Source: an uncultured delta proteobacterium (GTDB lineage: Bacteria > Myxococcota_A > Polyangia > Haliangiales > Haliangiaceae). Taken from it: DNA of 64,000 nt. Below, in pieces: positions 24,647 to 34,819 of the stretch (positions are counted from its first letter, which is position 1; every line of letters begins with the position of its first letter). Both the position numbers and the translations under genes were made by a program. The notes beneath the pieces are model-generated. The model worked only from the letters and a program-made list of their open reading frames with translations. It made no database searches and was not told where the DNA came from. The stretch is from contig CAWKDB010000010.1 of assembly GCA_963848295.1 (NCBI GenBank), positions 4,000,001 through 4,064,000 on the forward strand, in the 5' to 3' direction.

Positions 24647-25732
24647 CTACTGCTGGTCGAGCAGGTAGACCATCAAGTAGCCCTCCGCCGTGCGGCGGGG
24701 GCCCGGGGCGCCGGCCATCAACCGGAAGTCGGCGGCGAGCTGGCGGCGCTGATAGCTGCGGTACAGCGCCATCGGATCGACCTCGTGCGAGTGCTCGAGG
24801 TCCTCGATCTGACGGCCGAGGATCTCGGCGGCCCACGCGGGGCTCGCCGCGCCGATGCCGTGTTGTTGCATCGCGCGGCGCAGGATCGTGAGCTCTTCGC
24901 TCGTCATGTTGAACAGGAACTCTTCGAACGCGGCGCTCTCGTCGATGCTCATCCCGTCGCGGCCGAAGAAATCCAAGACCTCGGGGCTGCAGTCCTCGGT
25001 GACAAGGCGGAACGTCTCGGTCGCTCCGAGCAGCGTGCCGTACGCGCTGTTGATCCGGTTGCGCGCATGCCACGCCGACTCGAGCAACGGCGCGAAGTCG
25101 TCGATCTCGAGCGCGGCGTCGTCCCAGATCGTGATCAGCTGATCGGCGGCGCGCTGCTTCGTCCGGCGCGTGACGTCGGGCTTGCGCAGCAGCGCGAGCA
25201 GCAGCTCCTCGGCGAGCAGCGTGTAGATCGATTGCGCGACCTCTTCGCGCAGCTCGTGGGTCATCCGCACCGCGGTCGGCACATCGGAGAGCGCGGCGGT
25301 CGCTTTGACGAAGCCGCGCAGGAAGTTGATCTTCGTCAACAAGTGAGTGCGCGACAACGTCGCCTTGAGCGGCAGCGCGAGGTCGCCGGACAGACCGTCG
25401 ATCGTGCACAGGTGATCGATCAGGGTCTGCTCGTCGCGCGGCTCGCCGCCGAGCGCGGTCGGCCGGCGCAGGGGACGCTGGCGATCGAGCAGCTCGGACG
25501 TCGCGCGCAGCTCGCCGATCAGCGCCTGCAGGATCGCGGCATCGCTCGGCGATCGCACCGCGACCGTAGACATCGCCTCTTCGACCAGCTCCGATTCATG
25601 GCGGTCGAGGACGCTCACGGCAAAGGCTTGCGCCGACATCGCCATGCCGGATGAAGCTAGCACGGGACCCGGCGATCCGGCGGTGGGACCGGTTTGCGGC
25701 GGCTTCGTTGGGCTACGACTGGGGTACGACAT
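24647..25732 (-). CDS. Hypothetical alpha-helical cytoplasmic protein
   Basis: Long ORF with natural composition and GC3-rich codons; no family recognised. Confidence 0.7.
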   Translation of the reverse strand: MSYPSRSPTKPPQTGPTAGSPGPVLASSGMAMSAQAFAVSVLDRHESELVEEAMSTVAVRSPSDAAILQALIGELRATSELLDRQRPLRRPTALGGEPRDEQTLIDHLCTIDGLSGDLALPLKATLSRTHLLTKINFLRGFVKATAALSDVPTAVRMTHELREEVAQSIYTLLAEELLLALLRKPDVTRRTKQRAADQLITIWDDAALEIDDFAPLLESAWHARNRINSAYGTLLGATETFRLVTEDCSPEVLDFFGRDGMSIDESAAFEEFLFNMTSEELTILRRAMQQHGIGAASPAWAAEILGRQIEDLEHSHEVDPMALYRSYQRRQLAADFRLMAGAPGPRRTAEGYLMVYLLDQQ

Positions 25733-25743
25733 CGTGCGCTCTG

Positions 25744-26382
25744 CTAGTCAGTAGGACTCTGAGTCGCCGCCACCCGCTCGCGCCGCCGACGTACCACGAA
25801 ACGAAACGCGAGGGCGGCGAGGGCCAAAATAATCACGATGCCGACGATCACGTCGACCCGCTTCAGGGTCTCGGCGACGTCGTCCCACCGGGCGCCGAGC
25901 TCGTAGCCGATGAAGATCAGGGTCGTCCCCCAGAGCGTCGAGCCGATGAACGTCTGAGTAAAGAACGGCACGAGCGGCATCCGCGCGATACCGGCCGGAA
26001 TCGAGATGATGTGGCGGATGACCGGTAGGAACCGGCCGATCAGGATCGTCGCCTTGCCGTGCTTGGAAAAGAACGTCTCGGTCTTCTCGAGATCCTTCGC
26101 GCGGATCAGCACGTACCTGCCGTACTTCACGAGCAGTGGCTTGCCGCCGGCAGCTCCCAGCCAGTAGCACAGGCCGGATCCGATCAGCGCGGCGGTGCTG
26201 TTGATCACGATGATGACCGGCAGCGAGAAGTCGCCCCGCGAGGCCATGTAGCCGGCAAACGGCATCACGAGCTCCGACGGGATCGGGATCAACGTGCTCT
26301 CGAGGAGGATCAGCATGAACAGCCCGGGATAGCCGAGGTTGGCGACGATCCCCTGGACGTAATGCGCGAACTGCTCGAGCAC
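25744..26382 (-). CDS. DedA family membrane protein
   Basis: LESTLIPIPSELVMPFAGY, GRFLPVIRHIISIPAG. Confidence 0.9.
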   Translation of the reverse strand: MLEQFAHYVQGIVANLGYPGLFMLILLESTLIPIPSELVMPFAGYMASRGDFSLPVIIVINSTAALIGSGLCYWLGAAGGKPLLVKYGRYVLIRAKDLEKTETFFSKHGKATILIGRFLPVIRHIISIPAGIARMPLVPFFTQTFIGSTLWGTTLIFIGYELGARWDDVAETLKRVDVIVGIVIILALAALAFRFVVRRRRERVAATQSPTD

Positions 26383-26452
26383 GAAGCCGTGTTCTAGACG
26401 AGTCTTGAGCCCCTGGCTACAACTCAGCTCGAAAACCACGTCCCCGCGACGG

Positions 26453-27226
26453 TCAGCGTGTCTGGTTCCTCACCAGCGCTCGGCACTTCTTGTCCGCGCC
26501 CGGCTGCATGCCCCGCGTGTTCATCTTGTCCACGAGCTCGCTGCAGAAGTGGTCGCGGTTGGTCCCGCTGGGAAGCGACGGGCGCGAGCAAGCGGCACGG
26601 ACATAGTCAGCGCACGGCTTCGGCAGCGCGAGCGACAGGCGAGTCACCGGATCGGCGTCGGCTATGGCCTTGGGTTTGGCCGCCGGAGCCGGAGCGGTCG
26701 AGACGGCGGGGGGCGATGACGAGTCGCCCGGTCGGACGTGGGCGTGCACGCCGCCCTTGACGGTCGCGAGCGCGCTGCACAGCACCTCGTCGCCGATCGG
26801 GTCGTCGCCGTTCACCGGCGTCATGCCCATGATCTCGGGTTCGCCGTAGCGTCCGCCGCCGAGGTGCTCGCGGGCGAGGCGCACGTCGTAGGGCGGTGAC
26901 GCGCGCGGGCTCAAGAAGCACTTGTTCTGCGCCGGCATATAGAAGACGTACAGCAGACTGACGGCCTTGCGGATCGGCTCGCCGGTCGGGCCGCGCTCGA
27001 TCCCGTACGACGCGCCGCGGACGCCGGCCCAGCGCAACTGGACCTTCCCGTTGTATTCGGCGAAGTACGCGTCGCTGTGGTCGACCGCGATCTGGAGATC
27101 GCTGTCGAGGGGCGAAGTCCAATCGTCGTCGATCGTCTGGACGACCACGGGGCGAAATAGTGCGCAGCCGGAACTGGGTGTCATGGCGAGCACGGCGAGG
27201 ATGAACGGGATCAGCGTGCGATTCAT
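26453..27226 (-). CDS. Hypothetical lipoprotein
   Basis: MNRTLIPFILAVLAMTPSSGC signal; C-terminal four-Cys helical domain. Confidence 0.65.
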   Translation of the reverse strand: MNRTLIPFILAVLAMTPSSGCALFRPVVVQTIDDDWTSPLDSDLQIAVDHSDAYFAEYNGKVQLRWAGVRGASYGIERGPTGEPIRKAVSLLYVFYMPAQNKCFLSPRASPPYDVRLAREHLGGGRYGEPEIMGMTPVNGDDPIGDEVLCSALATVKGGVHAHVRPGDSSSPPAVSTAPAPAAKPKAIADADPVTRLSLALPKPCADYVRAACSRPSLPSGTNRDHFCSELVDKMNTRGMQPGADKKCRALVRNQTR

Positions 27227-27345
27227 GAGCGGACGAGCCGCGAGCTCCACCGCGGTCGCACGACTCGTGCGGGGGGCGACGTTACATTCGTGTGCCGCCG
27301 CGCTTATTACGTCGAGCGCCGCCGGTGCATAGTAATAACTCCGTC

Positions 27346-30126
27346 GTGCAGTGCCCGGCGCCGGAACGCTTGTTCGTCCTGGATCACGAGCTCGAGCAGC
27401 ACATCGATGGCTGCGGAGAGTGCAGAGCCGCGGTGTCAGCGCTCGCGATGGGGGAGGCACCGGCAGCCACGTTCGGACGCTATCGAGTCGAAGCCGTGCT
27501 CGGGTCGGGTGGGATGGGGATCGTCTACGGCGGCTGGGATCCCCTGCTCGAGCGCGCGGTCGCGATCAAAGTGGTCCGCAACACCGACGACGAGGCGGGG
27601 CGAGCGCGCTTGGTTCGCGAAGCCCAGAGCCTCGCGCGACTATCGCATCGCAACGTCTGTCAGGTCTACGACGCGGGCAGCGATGGCGACGAGGTCTGGG
27701 TTGCGATGGAGCGCATCGATGGCGTCACGCTGCGCGAATACGGTCGGCGCGGTGGGACGTTGATCCCGGCCTTACTCGATGCCGCCGATGGCCTCGCGGC
27801 CGCACACGCCGCGGGCATCGTGCACCGCGACGTCAAGCCCGAGAACGTGCTCGTCGCGCGCGACGGTCGTGGCGTCGTCACCGACTTCGGGCTCGCTCGC
27901 GTGGCGCCGGCCGGGGAGCTACCGAGTCATGGCGAACCGACCGCGAGCACGCTCGGTGGCACGCCGGCGTACCTCGCGCCCGAGCAACTCGCGGGGGCGC
28001 CGGCCGATGCGCGCTCGGATCAGTACGCGTGGGCGGTCACCGCGTGGGAGCTGCTCGTGGGCGAGCGGCCGGTCCCGGGCGTCGCGTCGCCTCCGCGAGC
28101 GATGTCGCGCCACCTCGCGTCGGCGCTGCGTCGTGCGCTGTCGCAGGATCCAGAGTCGCGATTCTCGTCGATGAACGCGTTGACCTCGGCGATCCGCCCT
28201 CGCAAGCGTCGGTGGCTGATCGCGCTCGCTGCTTCCGCGGCACTCGCAACGCTAGGGGCCTGGATGCTGGGGAAGCCCGATGCGCTCGATCCGGTCGCGA
28301 CGTGCGAGCTTGCAGCAGATCGGGTGGACGCGGTGTGGAACGCCGGCCGGGCCGCCGAGCTGCGGCGCGCGTTCGTCGCGACGAACCAGGGTTTTGCAGC
28401 GGAAAGCGCGGATCGCGTCGCAGCCGTGCTCGATCGCTACGCGATCCGGTTTCGCCGCGACACGGTCGAGGCGTGCCAGTCGACGTTTGTTCACCGCGAA
28501 GCTTCGGAGCGCGCGTTCGATCTCCAAAGCGAGTGTCTCGCTCACGGGCTCGCTCGCGTCGATCAATTGATCGAGCAGCTGAGCCACCCCGATCGCGAGA
28601 CGATCGTCCACGCGATCGATGCGGCACACTCGGCGACCTCGCCGGGCTCGTGTCGCGACGTGCCGCTGTTACTAGCGCGAGAGGAAGAGCCGACCGACCC
28701 GCGCACGAGAGCGGCGATCGCCGGCGCGCGGGCGAAGCTCGATCAGGCGGCCGCGCTCGACGAGGTCGGGCGGCCCGAGCAGAGCCTCGCGGTCGCGAAC
28801 GATGCGGCCGCGGTGGCCGAAACGACGAGCTACAACCCGCTCCGGGCTGAAGCTGCGTACCGCGTCGGCGTCGAGCTCCGCGCGCTCGGCGATATCAAGC
28901 GCGCCGAGCCGACTTTCCAGCGGGCGGCGGTCGACGCCGAAGCCGGGCGCGACGATCGACTTGCCGCTTCCGCGTGGACCCGTTTGATGTCGGTCGCGGG
29001 CGCGCGCGCGGACTACGACGAAGCCCTTCGGCGCGGCGAGCAAGCCGCGGCCAAGCTCCAGCGGATCGGGAATCCACCGGATGCGCTCGGCTATTTCTAC
29101 GCCGTGCGCGGGAGTGTCGAGAGCGCGCGTGGTGATCTCGCCGGTGCGCGGACCGACCTCGAACGCGCCCTGTCCGTGCTCGAGCCGCTCGGCGTGGACC
29201 GGCCTCGCGTGGTGTCGACGCTCGGCTCGCTGGCGCGGGTCTACGGCGAGCTCGGGCGTCACGATCTCGCACTCGTCACCGCCGAGCGCGCGGCGCGCCT
29301 CGCGGAAGAGGTGATGGGGCCGGACCACCCGAGTCTCGCGGCTCCGCTGCAAGGGCTCGCCTTCGAACAGGGCCATGCCGGTCGACATCAGATGGCGATC
29401 GCCACGCTCGAACGGGTGCTCGCGATCCGGTCGCATGCGTTCGGCGATGATGCGGCGCTCCTCGCCGGACCCCTCAACGATCTCGCTGGTGAGCTCGTCG
29501 CGATCGGCGATACGGCCACGGCCGAGGCCAGGCTCGAGCGCGCGCTCGCGATCGACATGAAGGCCCTCGGCCAGGACCATCCGGCCACGGTCGGCGTCGA
29601 GATCAACCTCGCGAGCCTCGAGATCTCGCAACGTCCACGCGACGCGATCGCGCACCTCGAGCACGCGCTCGCGGTCCGCATCGCGAAGGATCCCGAGAGC
29701 ACCGGCGTGGCGCTCGCGCTGACCCGACTGGCTGACGCGGAGCGAGTGGTCGGAGAGCGAACCGCGGCGCGCAAAGGCTACGCGCGCGCGATCGCGCTGT
29801 TCGGGGCGAAGCTCGGCGCCGATCATCCGCACGTCGCGATGGTATGGCACGCGGTCGCGCAGCTCGAGCTCGAGGCCGGGAACCGCACGGCCGCAGTCGC
29901 TGCGCTCGAACACGCGGTTGCGATCGACGATCGCGGACAGCGCGAACCAGACGAAGCTGCCGACGATCGGTTCTTGCTCGCGCAACAGCTGGGGCGGCAA
30001 GACCCGGTCCGGGCCCGCGCTCTCGCGGTCGCCGCACGCGATGGGCTGGTCGGGATCGACGGCGGCGATGACTCGCGCCGCGCGATCGAAGCCTGGCTCG
30101 CGGCGCACCCGCTCGCGTCGCGCTGA
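27346..30126 (+). CDS. Ser/Thr kinase with N-terminal HxxxCxxC and C-terminal TPR repeats
   Basis: HIDGCGEC, LGSGGMGIVY, HRDVKPEN, DFGLAR, YLAPEQ, TM, GPDHP/GQDHP/GADHP TPRs. Confidence 0.9.
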   Translation: MQCPAPERLFVLDHELEQHIDGCGECRAAVSALAMGEAPAATFGRYRVEAVLGSGGMGIVYGGWDPLLERAVAIKVVRNTDDEAGRARLVREAQSLARLSHRNVCQVYDAGSDGDEVWVAMERIDGVTLREYGRRGGTLIPALLDAADGLAAAHAAGIVHRDVKPENVLVARDGRGVVTDFGLARVAPAGELPSHGEPTASTLGGTPAYLAPEQLAGAPADARSDQYAWAVTAWELLVGERPVPGVASPPRAMSRHLASALRRALSQDPESRFSSMNALTSAIRPRKRRWLIALAASAALATLGAWMLGKPDALDPVATCELAADRVDAVWNAGRAAELRRAFVATNQGFAAESADRVAAVLDRYAIRFRRDTVEACQSTFVHREASERAFDLQSECLAHGLARVDQLIEQLSHPDRETIVHAIDAAHSATSPGSCRDVPLLLAREEEPTDPRTRAAIAGARAKLDQAAALDEVGRPEQSLAVANDAAAVAETTSYNPLRAEAAYRVGVELRALGDIKRAEPTFQRAAVDAEAGRDDRLAASAWTRLMSVAGARADYDEALRRGEQAAAKLQRIGNPPDALGYFYAVRGSVESARGDLAGARTDLERALSVLEPLGVDRPRVVSTLGSLARVYGELGRHDLALVTAERAARLAEEVMGPDHPSLAAPLQGLAFEQGHAGRHQMAIATLERVLAIRSHAFGDDAALLAGPLNDLAGELVAIGDTATAEARLERALAIDMKALGQDHPATVGVEINLASLEISQRPRDAIAHLEHALAVRIAKDPESTGVALALTRLADAERVVGERTAARKGYARAIALFGAKLGADHPHVAMVWHAVAQLELEAGNRTAAVAALEHAVAIDDRGQREPDEAADDRFLLAQQLGRQDPVRARALAVAARDGLVGIDGGDDSRRAIEAWLAAHPLASR

Positions 30127-30197
30127 CACTCAGGCGTTACATCGCGAGCGTCGATTGTGCGCGACCAGGAGCTGGCGACGGGCTCGACCTCTCAACC

Positions 30198-30764
30198 ATG
30201 CCCACGTCAAAGCACGTCTCGTACTCGTTCCTTCGACCCACGCTTGTGCTCGCCGCGTTACTCGCGTTCGGCGCGTGCACCGAGGAGCGCCGTACCTACT
30301 CGACTCCCGACGCCGAACGCCCGGATAGCACCGAGACGCCACCGCCTGACGCGGGCGCTGGGCCCGAGGCGTTCGTGAAGCACGGCGATGACGGCCTCGT
30401 GAGCTGCGCGACGTACTGTGCCGGCGCGGAGTGGGGGCGAGTCGGCTCCTGCCTCGGCACCGCGGCGCTTAGCTTCCCGTGCGACCAGGCCATGGGGCTG
30501 CTCACGAACGGCGTCGAGCAACGCTGCACGTGCGACGCGGGCGGCACGTTCATCAAGGACGGCGACAATGGCACCGCGTCGTGCGATGTGTTCTGTGGCG
30601 GTTCGCAGTGGGGCAAGGTCGGAAGCTGCGTCGACTCCGAGTTGCAAACGAACGCGAGCGCGACCATCGCGGGCCAGGCCGTCGCCTACGATGCCGACTG
30701 CTCGGTCACCCCGGGGCTCATTCGCAATGGCGCCGAGCTGACGTGTATCTGCGCCGCCGACTGA
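30198..30764 (+). CDS. Cys-rich lipoprotein with internally duplicated domain
   Basis: Lipobox FGAC; two copies of F-x-K-x-G-D-x-G-x-x-S-C...C-x-G-x-x-W-G-x-V-G-S-C...G-L-x-x-N-G-x-E-x-x-C-x-C. Confidence 0.7.
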   Translation: MPTSKHVSYSFLRPTLVLAALLAFGACTEERRTYSTPDAERPDSTETPPPDAGAGPEAFVKHGDDGLVSCATYCAGAEWGRVGSCLGTAALSFPCDQAMGLLTNGVEQRCTCDAGGTFIKDGDNGTASCDVFCGGSQWGKVGSCVDSELQTNASATIAGQAVAYDADCSVTPGLIRNGAELTCICAAD

Positions 30765-30825
30765 CCGTCACCGTCGCAACGCTGTAACGCGCGTTCGCGC
30801 CGGGCCGTGTCAGGATGCGCGCGAG

Positions 30826-31689
30826 ATGCGCGAGCTAGCCTCCACGTCGTGGACACCCGATCCCAGCCTCGATCGAATTGCTGCGGCGGTAGGGCGGATC
30901 GGTGCGGCCGGACGTGCGTCGTTTCCCGCGATCGTCCTTGCCGATTCCGCGATCGCGCAACGCCTCGCGCGGATGCTTCACGAGGATCCAGGGGCGCAGC
31001 TCGAAGCACTGCACGATGCCGACGTCTACCTCGCCATCGCGCTCGCCGCGGGAATCCCGGAGGCGCTGTGCACGTTCGAGGACACCCTCGTGCCTCAGAT
31101 GACGCTCGCGCTCCGGCGGCTGCGCATCCCCAACGGCGTGGCGGACGACGTGAAGCAGGCGTTGCGCGTCGAGCTCCTCGTCGACGGTCCGTCGCCGGGC
31201 TCGGGCGCGAGGATCGCGGACTACGCAGGACGCGGCGAGCTCGCGGCCTGGCTACGCGTCACCGCGACTCGCAAAGCGCTCAAGCTCGCCCGGCGGGCGC
31301 AACGCGACGAGGAGCTCGACGAGCTCGCGCTCGATCAATGGCCAGGCGCAACGCCCGATCCAGAACGCACGCACATTCGCAACCACTACGCCGACGAGCT
31401 CAAGCGAGCGCTCGCCGAGGCGTTTGCCGCTCTCGATGTTCGCCAACGCAACCTGCTCCGGCAGCACGTCATCGACGACCTCACGATCGACGACCTCGCG
31501 CGGCTCTACCAGGTTCACCGCGCGACCTGTGCTCGCTGGCTTGCCGACGCGCGCGCCGAGCTCGGCCGCGGCACGCGCAAGCGACTCGTCGCAACGCTCC
31601 GGGCGCCCGCCGTCGAGGTCGACAGCTTGCTGCGCTTCCTCGACAGCGACATCGAGCTGTCGATCTCGCGGATCATGCACACCCGCTAG
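30826..31689 (+). CDS. ECF sigma factor, myxobacterial (TIGR03001-like) family
   Basis: DVYLAIA, YAGRGELAAWLRV, RQRNLLRQHVIDDLTIDDLARLYQVHRATCARWL. Confidence 0.85.
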   Translation: MRELASTSWTPDPSLDRIAAAVGRIGAAGRASFPAIVLADSAIAQRLARMLHEDPGAQLEALHDADVYLAIALAAGIPEALCTFEDTLVPQMTLALRRLRIPNGVADDVKQALRVELLVDGPSPGSGARIADYAGRGELAAWLRVTATRKALKLARRAQRDEELDELALDQWPGATPDPERTHIRNHYADELKRALAEAFAALDVRQRNLLRQHVIDDLTIDDLARLYQVHRATCARWLADARAELGRGTRKRLVATLRAPAVEVDSLLRFLDSDIELSISRIMHTR

Positions 31690-32987
31690 ATGCCCTTGCC
31701 GCCGGTGCGATTGCGGTAGACGAGCGCGGCGCAGAATCCGGCGGCCATCGCGGCCGAGCCGAGCAGCAGCACGAAGATCACGAGCAGGCTGTCGTGCTGC
31801 GGGTCGTAGACGCGCGAGATCACCAGCTCCTGGACGATCGATCCCAGGCTGCCGAACCCCGAGATCACGGCGGCGGCGAAGGTCGCGGCGCGGCGACCGC
31901 CGATGTCCATGGCGCCGGCGCCGGTGAGCAGTGCGTCCGGGCCGTAGACCGAGAACCCGACCAGCGCGAGCACCGGGACAAACAGCGCGAGGCTCGCGTC
32001 GTAGAACACGGTCATCAGGGTCAGGAACGCCGTGGTCGCGAGCATCATGATCAGCGAGATGCCCGCGCGCGAGCTCTTGAAGTAGCGGTCGGACAGCCAG
32101 CCGGTGAGGTAAACGCCGGGCAGGCCGAGCAGATCGAACGCCGTGGCATACAGCCCGGCGGCGGTATCGTGATCGCCGCCGAGGTAGTTCTTGTTGATGA
32201 AGTACGGTGCCCACGACCAGATCGCGTAGCGGATGAACTTCACGAAGAAGTAGAACCCCGCGACGAGCATCAGGTTGACCCACGCGCTGCGGGTCAGCCC
32301 CATGAAGCCATCGTTCGGGGGCGGCACGAGCTCGGGCGCCTTGCTCTCGTCGATTACCGTCACCGGATCGTCGATCGGCGCGAGCCCGAGATCCTCGGGC
32401 CGATTCCGCTGCCAGTAGAAGAACAGCACCCAGATCGCGGTGAGCACCGCCGCGCCGGCGAAGAACGTCCACTGCCACGGCGCCGGCGTCGCGAGCGCGA
32501 GGACAGCCGCGAGCGCCCAGCCCGAGATCAACGCGCCGATGTTGAAGTTCGTCGCCCACGCGCCCATCACCTTGCCGCGCTCGTGCTTGTGGAACCAACC
32601 CGCCATCGTGCCGACGTTGCCGGACCATCCGGTCGCCTGGGCGAGACCGTTGACCGCGAACAGTCCGGCCATCACCCACGGCGACATCGTGATCCCCATC
32701 GCGAGCGTCACGACCACCGAGATCGCCATCCCGAGCAGCACGTTCTTGCGCGGACCGAGCCGGGTGCCCATCGACGACGCGAGGAACTGACCGATCGCAT
32801 ACGTGATGAGGTACGCGGTGCCGATGTTGCCGAGCGTCACCTGGTCCCAGTGGTTCTGCTCGCCGATCGCTTTCTTCGCGACCGTGAACGGCTTGCGGCA
32901 GAAGTAGTAGCCGACGTACGACAGGTAGGTCGCGATGAACACGCGGCGCCGCCACACTCGGTGCGCCGCGGTCAACGGGGTTGCCAC
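31686..32987 (-). CDS. MFS transporter, GlpT/UhpC organophosphate:Pi antiporter family
   Basis: YYFCRKPF, WFHKHERGKVMGAW, GWLSDRYF, YGPD. Confidence 0.85.
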   Translation of the reverse strand: MATPLTAAHRVWRRRVFIATYLSYVGYYFCRKPFTVAKKAIGEQNHWDQVTLGNIGTAYLITYAIGQFLASSMGTRLGPRKNVLLGMAISVVVTLAMGITMSPWVMAGLFAVNGLAQATGWSGNVGTMAGWFHKHERGKVMGAWATNFNIGALISGWALAAVLALATPAPWQWTFFAGAAVLTAIWVLFFYWQRNRPEDLGLAPIDDPVTVIDESKAPELVPPPNDGFMGLTRSAWVNLMLVAGFYFFVKFIRYAIWSWAPYFINKNYLGGDHDTAAGLYATAFDLLGLPGVYLTGWLSDRYFKSSRAGISLIMMLATTAFLTLMTVFYDASLALFVPVLALVGFSVYGPDALLTGAGAMDIGGRRAATFAAAVISGFGSLGSIVQELVISRVYDPQHDSLLVIFVLLLGSAAMAAGFCAALVYRNRTGGKGI

Positions 32988-32989
32988 TG

Positions 32990-34303
32990 CTACAGGCCCC
33001 GGATCCGGTCGTAGGCCGCGCCGAGACCGGCCGCGAGCTTGGCGTCGATGCCGACCGGCACATCGGGATCGATCGGATCGCCGACGGCAAGCACCGCGAC
33101 GACGTGACCGGAGACGCGGATCGGCGCTGCGGCTTGTGCCTCGGGATCACCGAGCAGCTTGGTCAGCCGGGCTTGGAGCTCGCCGCTCGGCACGTCACTC
33201 GACCGCCTGCGCATCGCGTACGCGCGCTGGATCAGCGACGGCGCCGCGAGCGGGAATGCGACCGAATCGAGCGGCGCGCACAAGCCGCGGCCGCGATAGC
33301 CGATCGCGATCGCATCTTTGATCGCGACGACCAGCACTGCTCTCCACTGCGTCGCGGCGAACTCGACGACGAGCTCGGTCGCCGCATCGCGCGAGGTCGC
33401 GGTCTCGAGTCCTGCGAGCACGTCGTCGAGCGTCGCCGGCGGCGGCGGTGCGGCAGGTGGCGGCGCGGTCACGATCACCGGAGACGACGCGCGCTGGGTC
33501 GGCGCGTTGAACACGTTGGCCGGCGGTGGCGGCGGCGGGCGGGGCGGCGGCGGCGCCTGGAATTTTTGTGTCGCTTGACGCGGGACCGTCGGCGGCGCGA
33601 TCGCGGCGGCTTGGCTCAGCGATAACGGCGGCGGCGGTGGTTGCGGCTTGGTCGGCGCGCGATTGATCGCGAACTGACCGCTCTGGGAGTAGTCCTTCGC
33701 GACCCGGCTGTCGTCGAGATCGGTCAGCGCGAGCCGGACGCTGTCGGGATCGAGCATGTCGAGATCCGGCAACGGCGGCTGGATCTCGAACACGTCCTCG
33801 TCCGCGTCGAGGTCGAGCGAGGGAATCGGCCCGGTCACGAGGTCGACGTCGAACTCGCCGTCCGGCGACGTGCCGTATGCTTGCGACACCAGGTGCTCGA
33901 GCCGGGTCGCGGGCGCGATCACCATCAGCACGGGCCCATCGACCGCGGCCTCGAGCGCCTGTTGCAGCGCTGGATCCGGGTCGCGCGCGCACACGATGAG
34001 CTCGCCATCGCGGCGTCGGCCGATCGCGATCGCGCACGCCGCGCGCCCGAGCTCGGCGGGAAGCAACCGCGCGAGCGTGGTGTCGCGATTCGCGAGGTGC
34101 TTCGTCAACGCGCACGCCACGCGCTTCTGTTCGCCGAGCGCGCGAGCCGCGTCATCGAATTCGAGCAGACCGCGCGCGATCAGCAGCGAGCACAGCCGCT
34201 TGCCGGTCGCGCGCTGTTCGCCGAGAGAGCGCTGCAAGTCATTCGGCTTGACCAGCCGTCGTTCGAGCAGGATGTCGCCGATGCGTTTCATCGGGCTGAC
34301 CAT
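32990..34303 (-). CDS. MshEN/T2SSE_N-domain protein (possible c-di-GMP receptor)
   Basis: Two degenerate RLGxxLLxxGLxxxxxLxxxLxxQ repeats at N-terminus; Pro-rich linker; GAF-like tail. Confidence 0.7.
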   Translation of the reverse strand: MVSPMKRIGDILLERRLVKPNDLQRSLGEQRATGKRLCSLLIARGLLEFDDAARALGEQKRVACALTKHLANRDTTLARLLPAELGRAACAIAIGRRRDGELIVCARDPDPALQQALEAAVDGPVLMVIAPATRLEHLVSQAYGTSPDGEFDVDLVTGPIPSLDLDADEDVFEIQPPLPDLDMLDPDSVRLALTDLDDSRVAKDYSQSGQFAINRAPTKPQPPPPPLSLSQAAAIAPPTVPRQATQKFQAPPPPRPPPPPPANVFNAPTQRASSPVIVTAPPPAAPPPPATLDDVLAGLETATSRDAATELVVEFAATQWRAVLVVAIKDAIAIGYRGRGLCAPLDSVAFPLAAPSLIQRAYAMRRRSSDVPSGELQARLTKLLGDPEAQAAAPIRVSGHVVAVLAVGDPIDPDVPVGIDAKLAAGLGAAYDRIRGL

Positions 34304-34319
34304 GTTGCCATGCCCGCCG

Positions 34320-34799
34320 TCATGGCTGATCGACGAGCCGCCTCAGATTCGGTGCGATCTGAGCCACCGCGCGGTCACCTTTGACCGATCCGGCGATCTG
34401 CCGACCGGTGGGGTGACCGTCGGCGGTCGGGATCGCGAACAGCGGGATCATCGTGTACTTGAAGCCGGCGGCGGTGAGGCGCGGGTCGTCGCGATCGGCA
34501 TCGAACACCACGAGCCGGAGATCACCGAGCGTCGCGTCGAGCTCGCCCGCGACCGCGGCGGCGTGAAACCGTTGGCACGGCTCGCACCACGACGCACCGA
34601 CGTAGACGACGAGCTTCTTGCCGTCGGCCTTGGCCTTCGCGATCAGGGGTGCGAGGTACGCGGGGACGTCGCCGCTCGGCGCGGCGTCGATCAGCTCGAG
34701 GTGTTGCCGCAGCGGGGCGGCGGCAGCGCGGCGGTCTGGGGTCGAATCGCCTGCCTGGCACGCCGCCAGCGCGACGACGATGGCAAGAGCGCGATGCAT
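34320..34799 (-). CDS. Thioredoxin-fold lipoprotein
   Basis: Lipobox LAAC; YVGASWCEPC. Confidence 0.8.
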   Translation of the reverse strand: MHRALAIVVALAACQAGDSTPDRRAAAAPLRQHLELIDAAPSGDVPAYLAPLIAKAKADGKKLVVYVGASWCEPCQRFHAAAVAGELDATLGDLRLVVFDADRDDPRLTAAGFKYTMIPLFAIPTADGHPTGRQIAGSVKGDRAVAQIAPNLRRLVDQP

Positions 34800-34819
34800 C
34801 CGCCGCGACGATACCTCGG

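Noticed and set aside
22703..25654. 983-aa plus-strand ORF and similar long Arg/Ala-rich ORFs (1472..3460, 19668..21866, 30807..33014, 60045..61934)
   Set aside because: Antisense shadows of real genes in high-GC DNA; no motifs and biased composition
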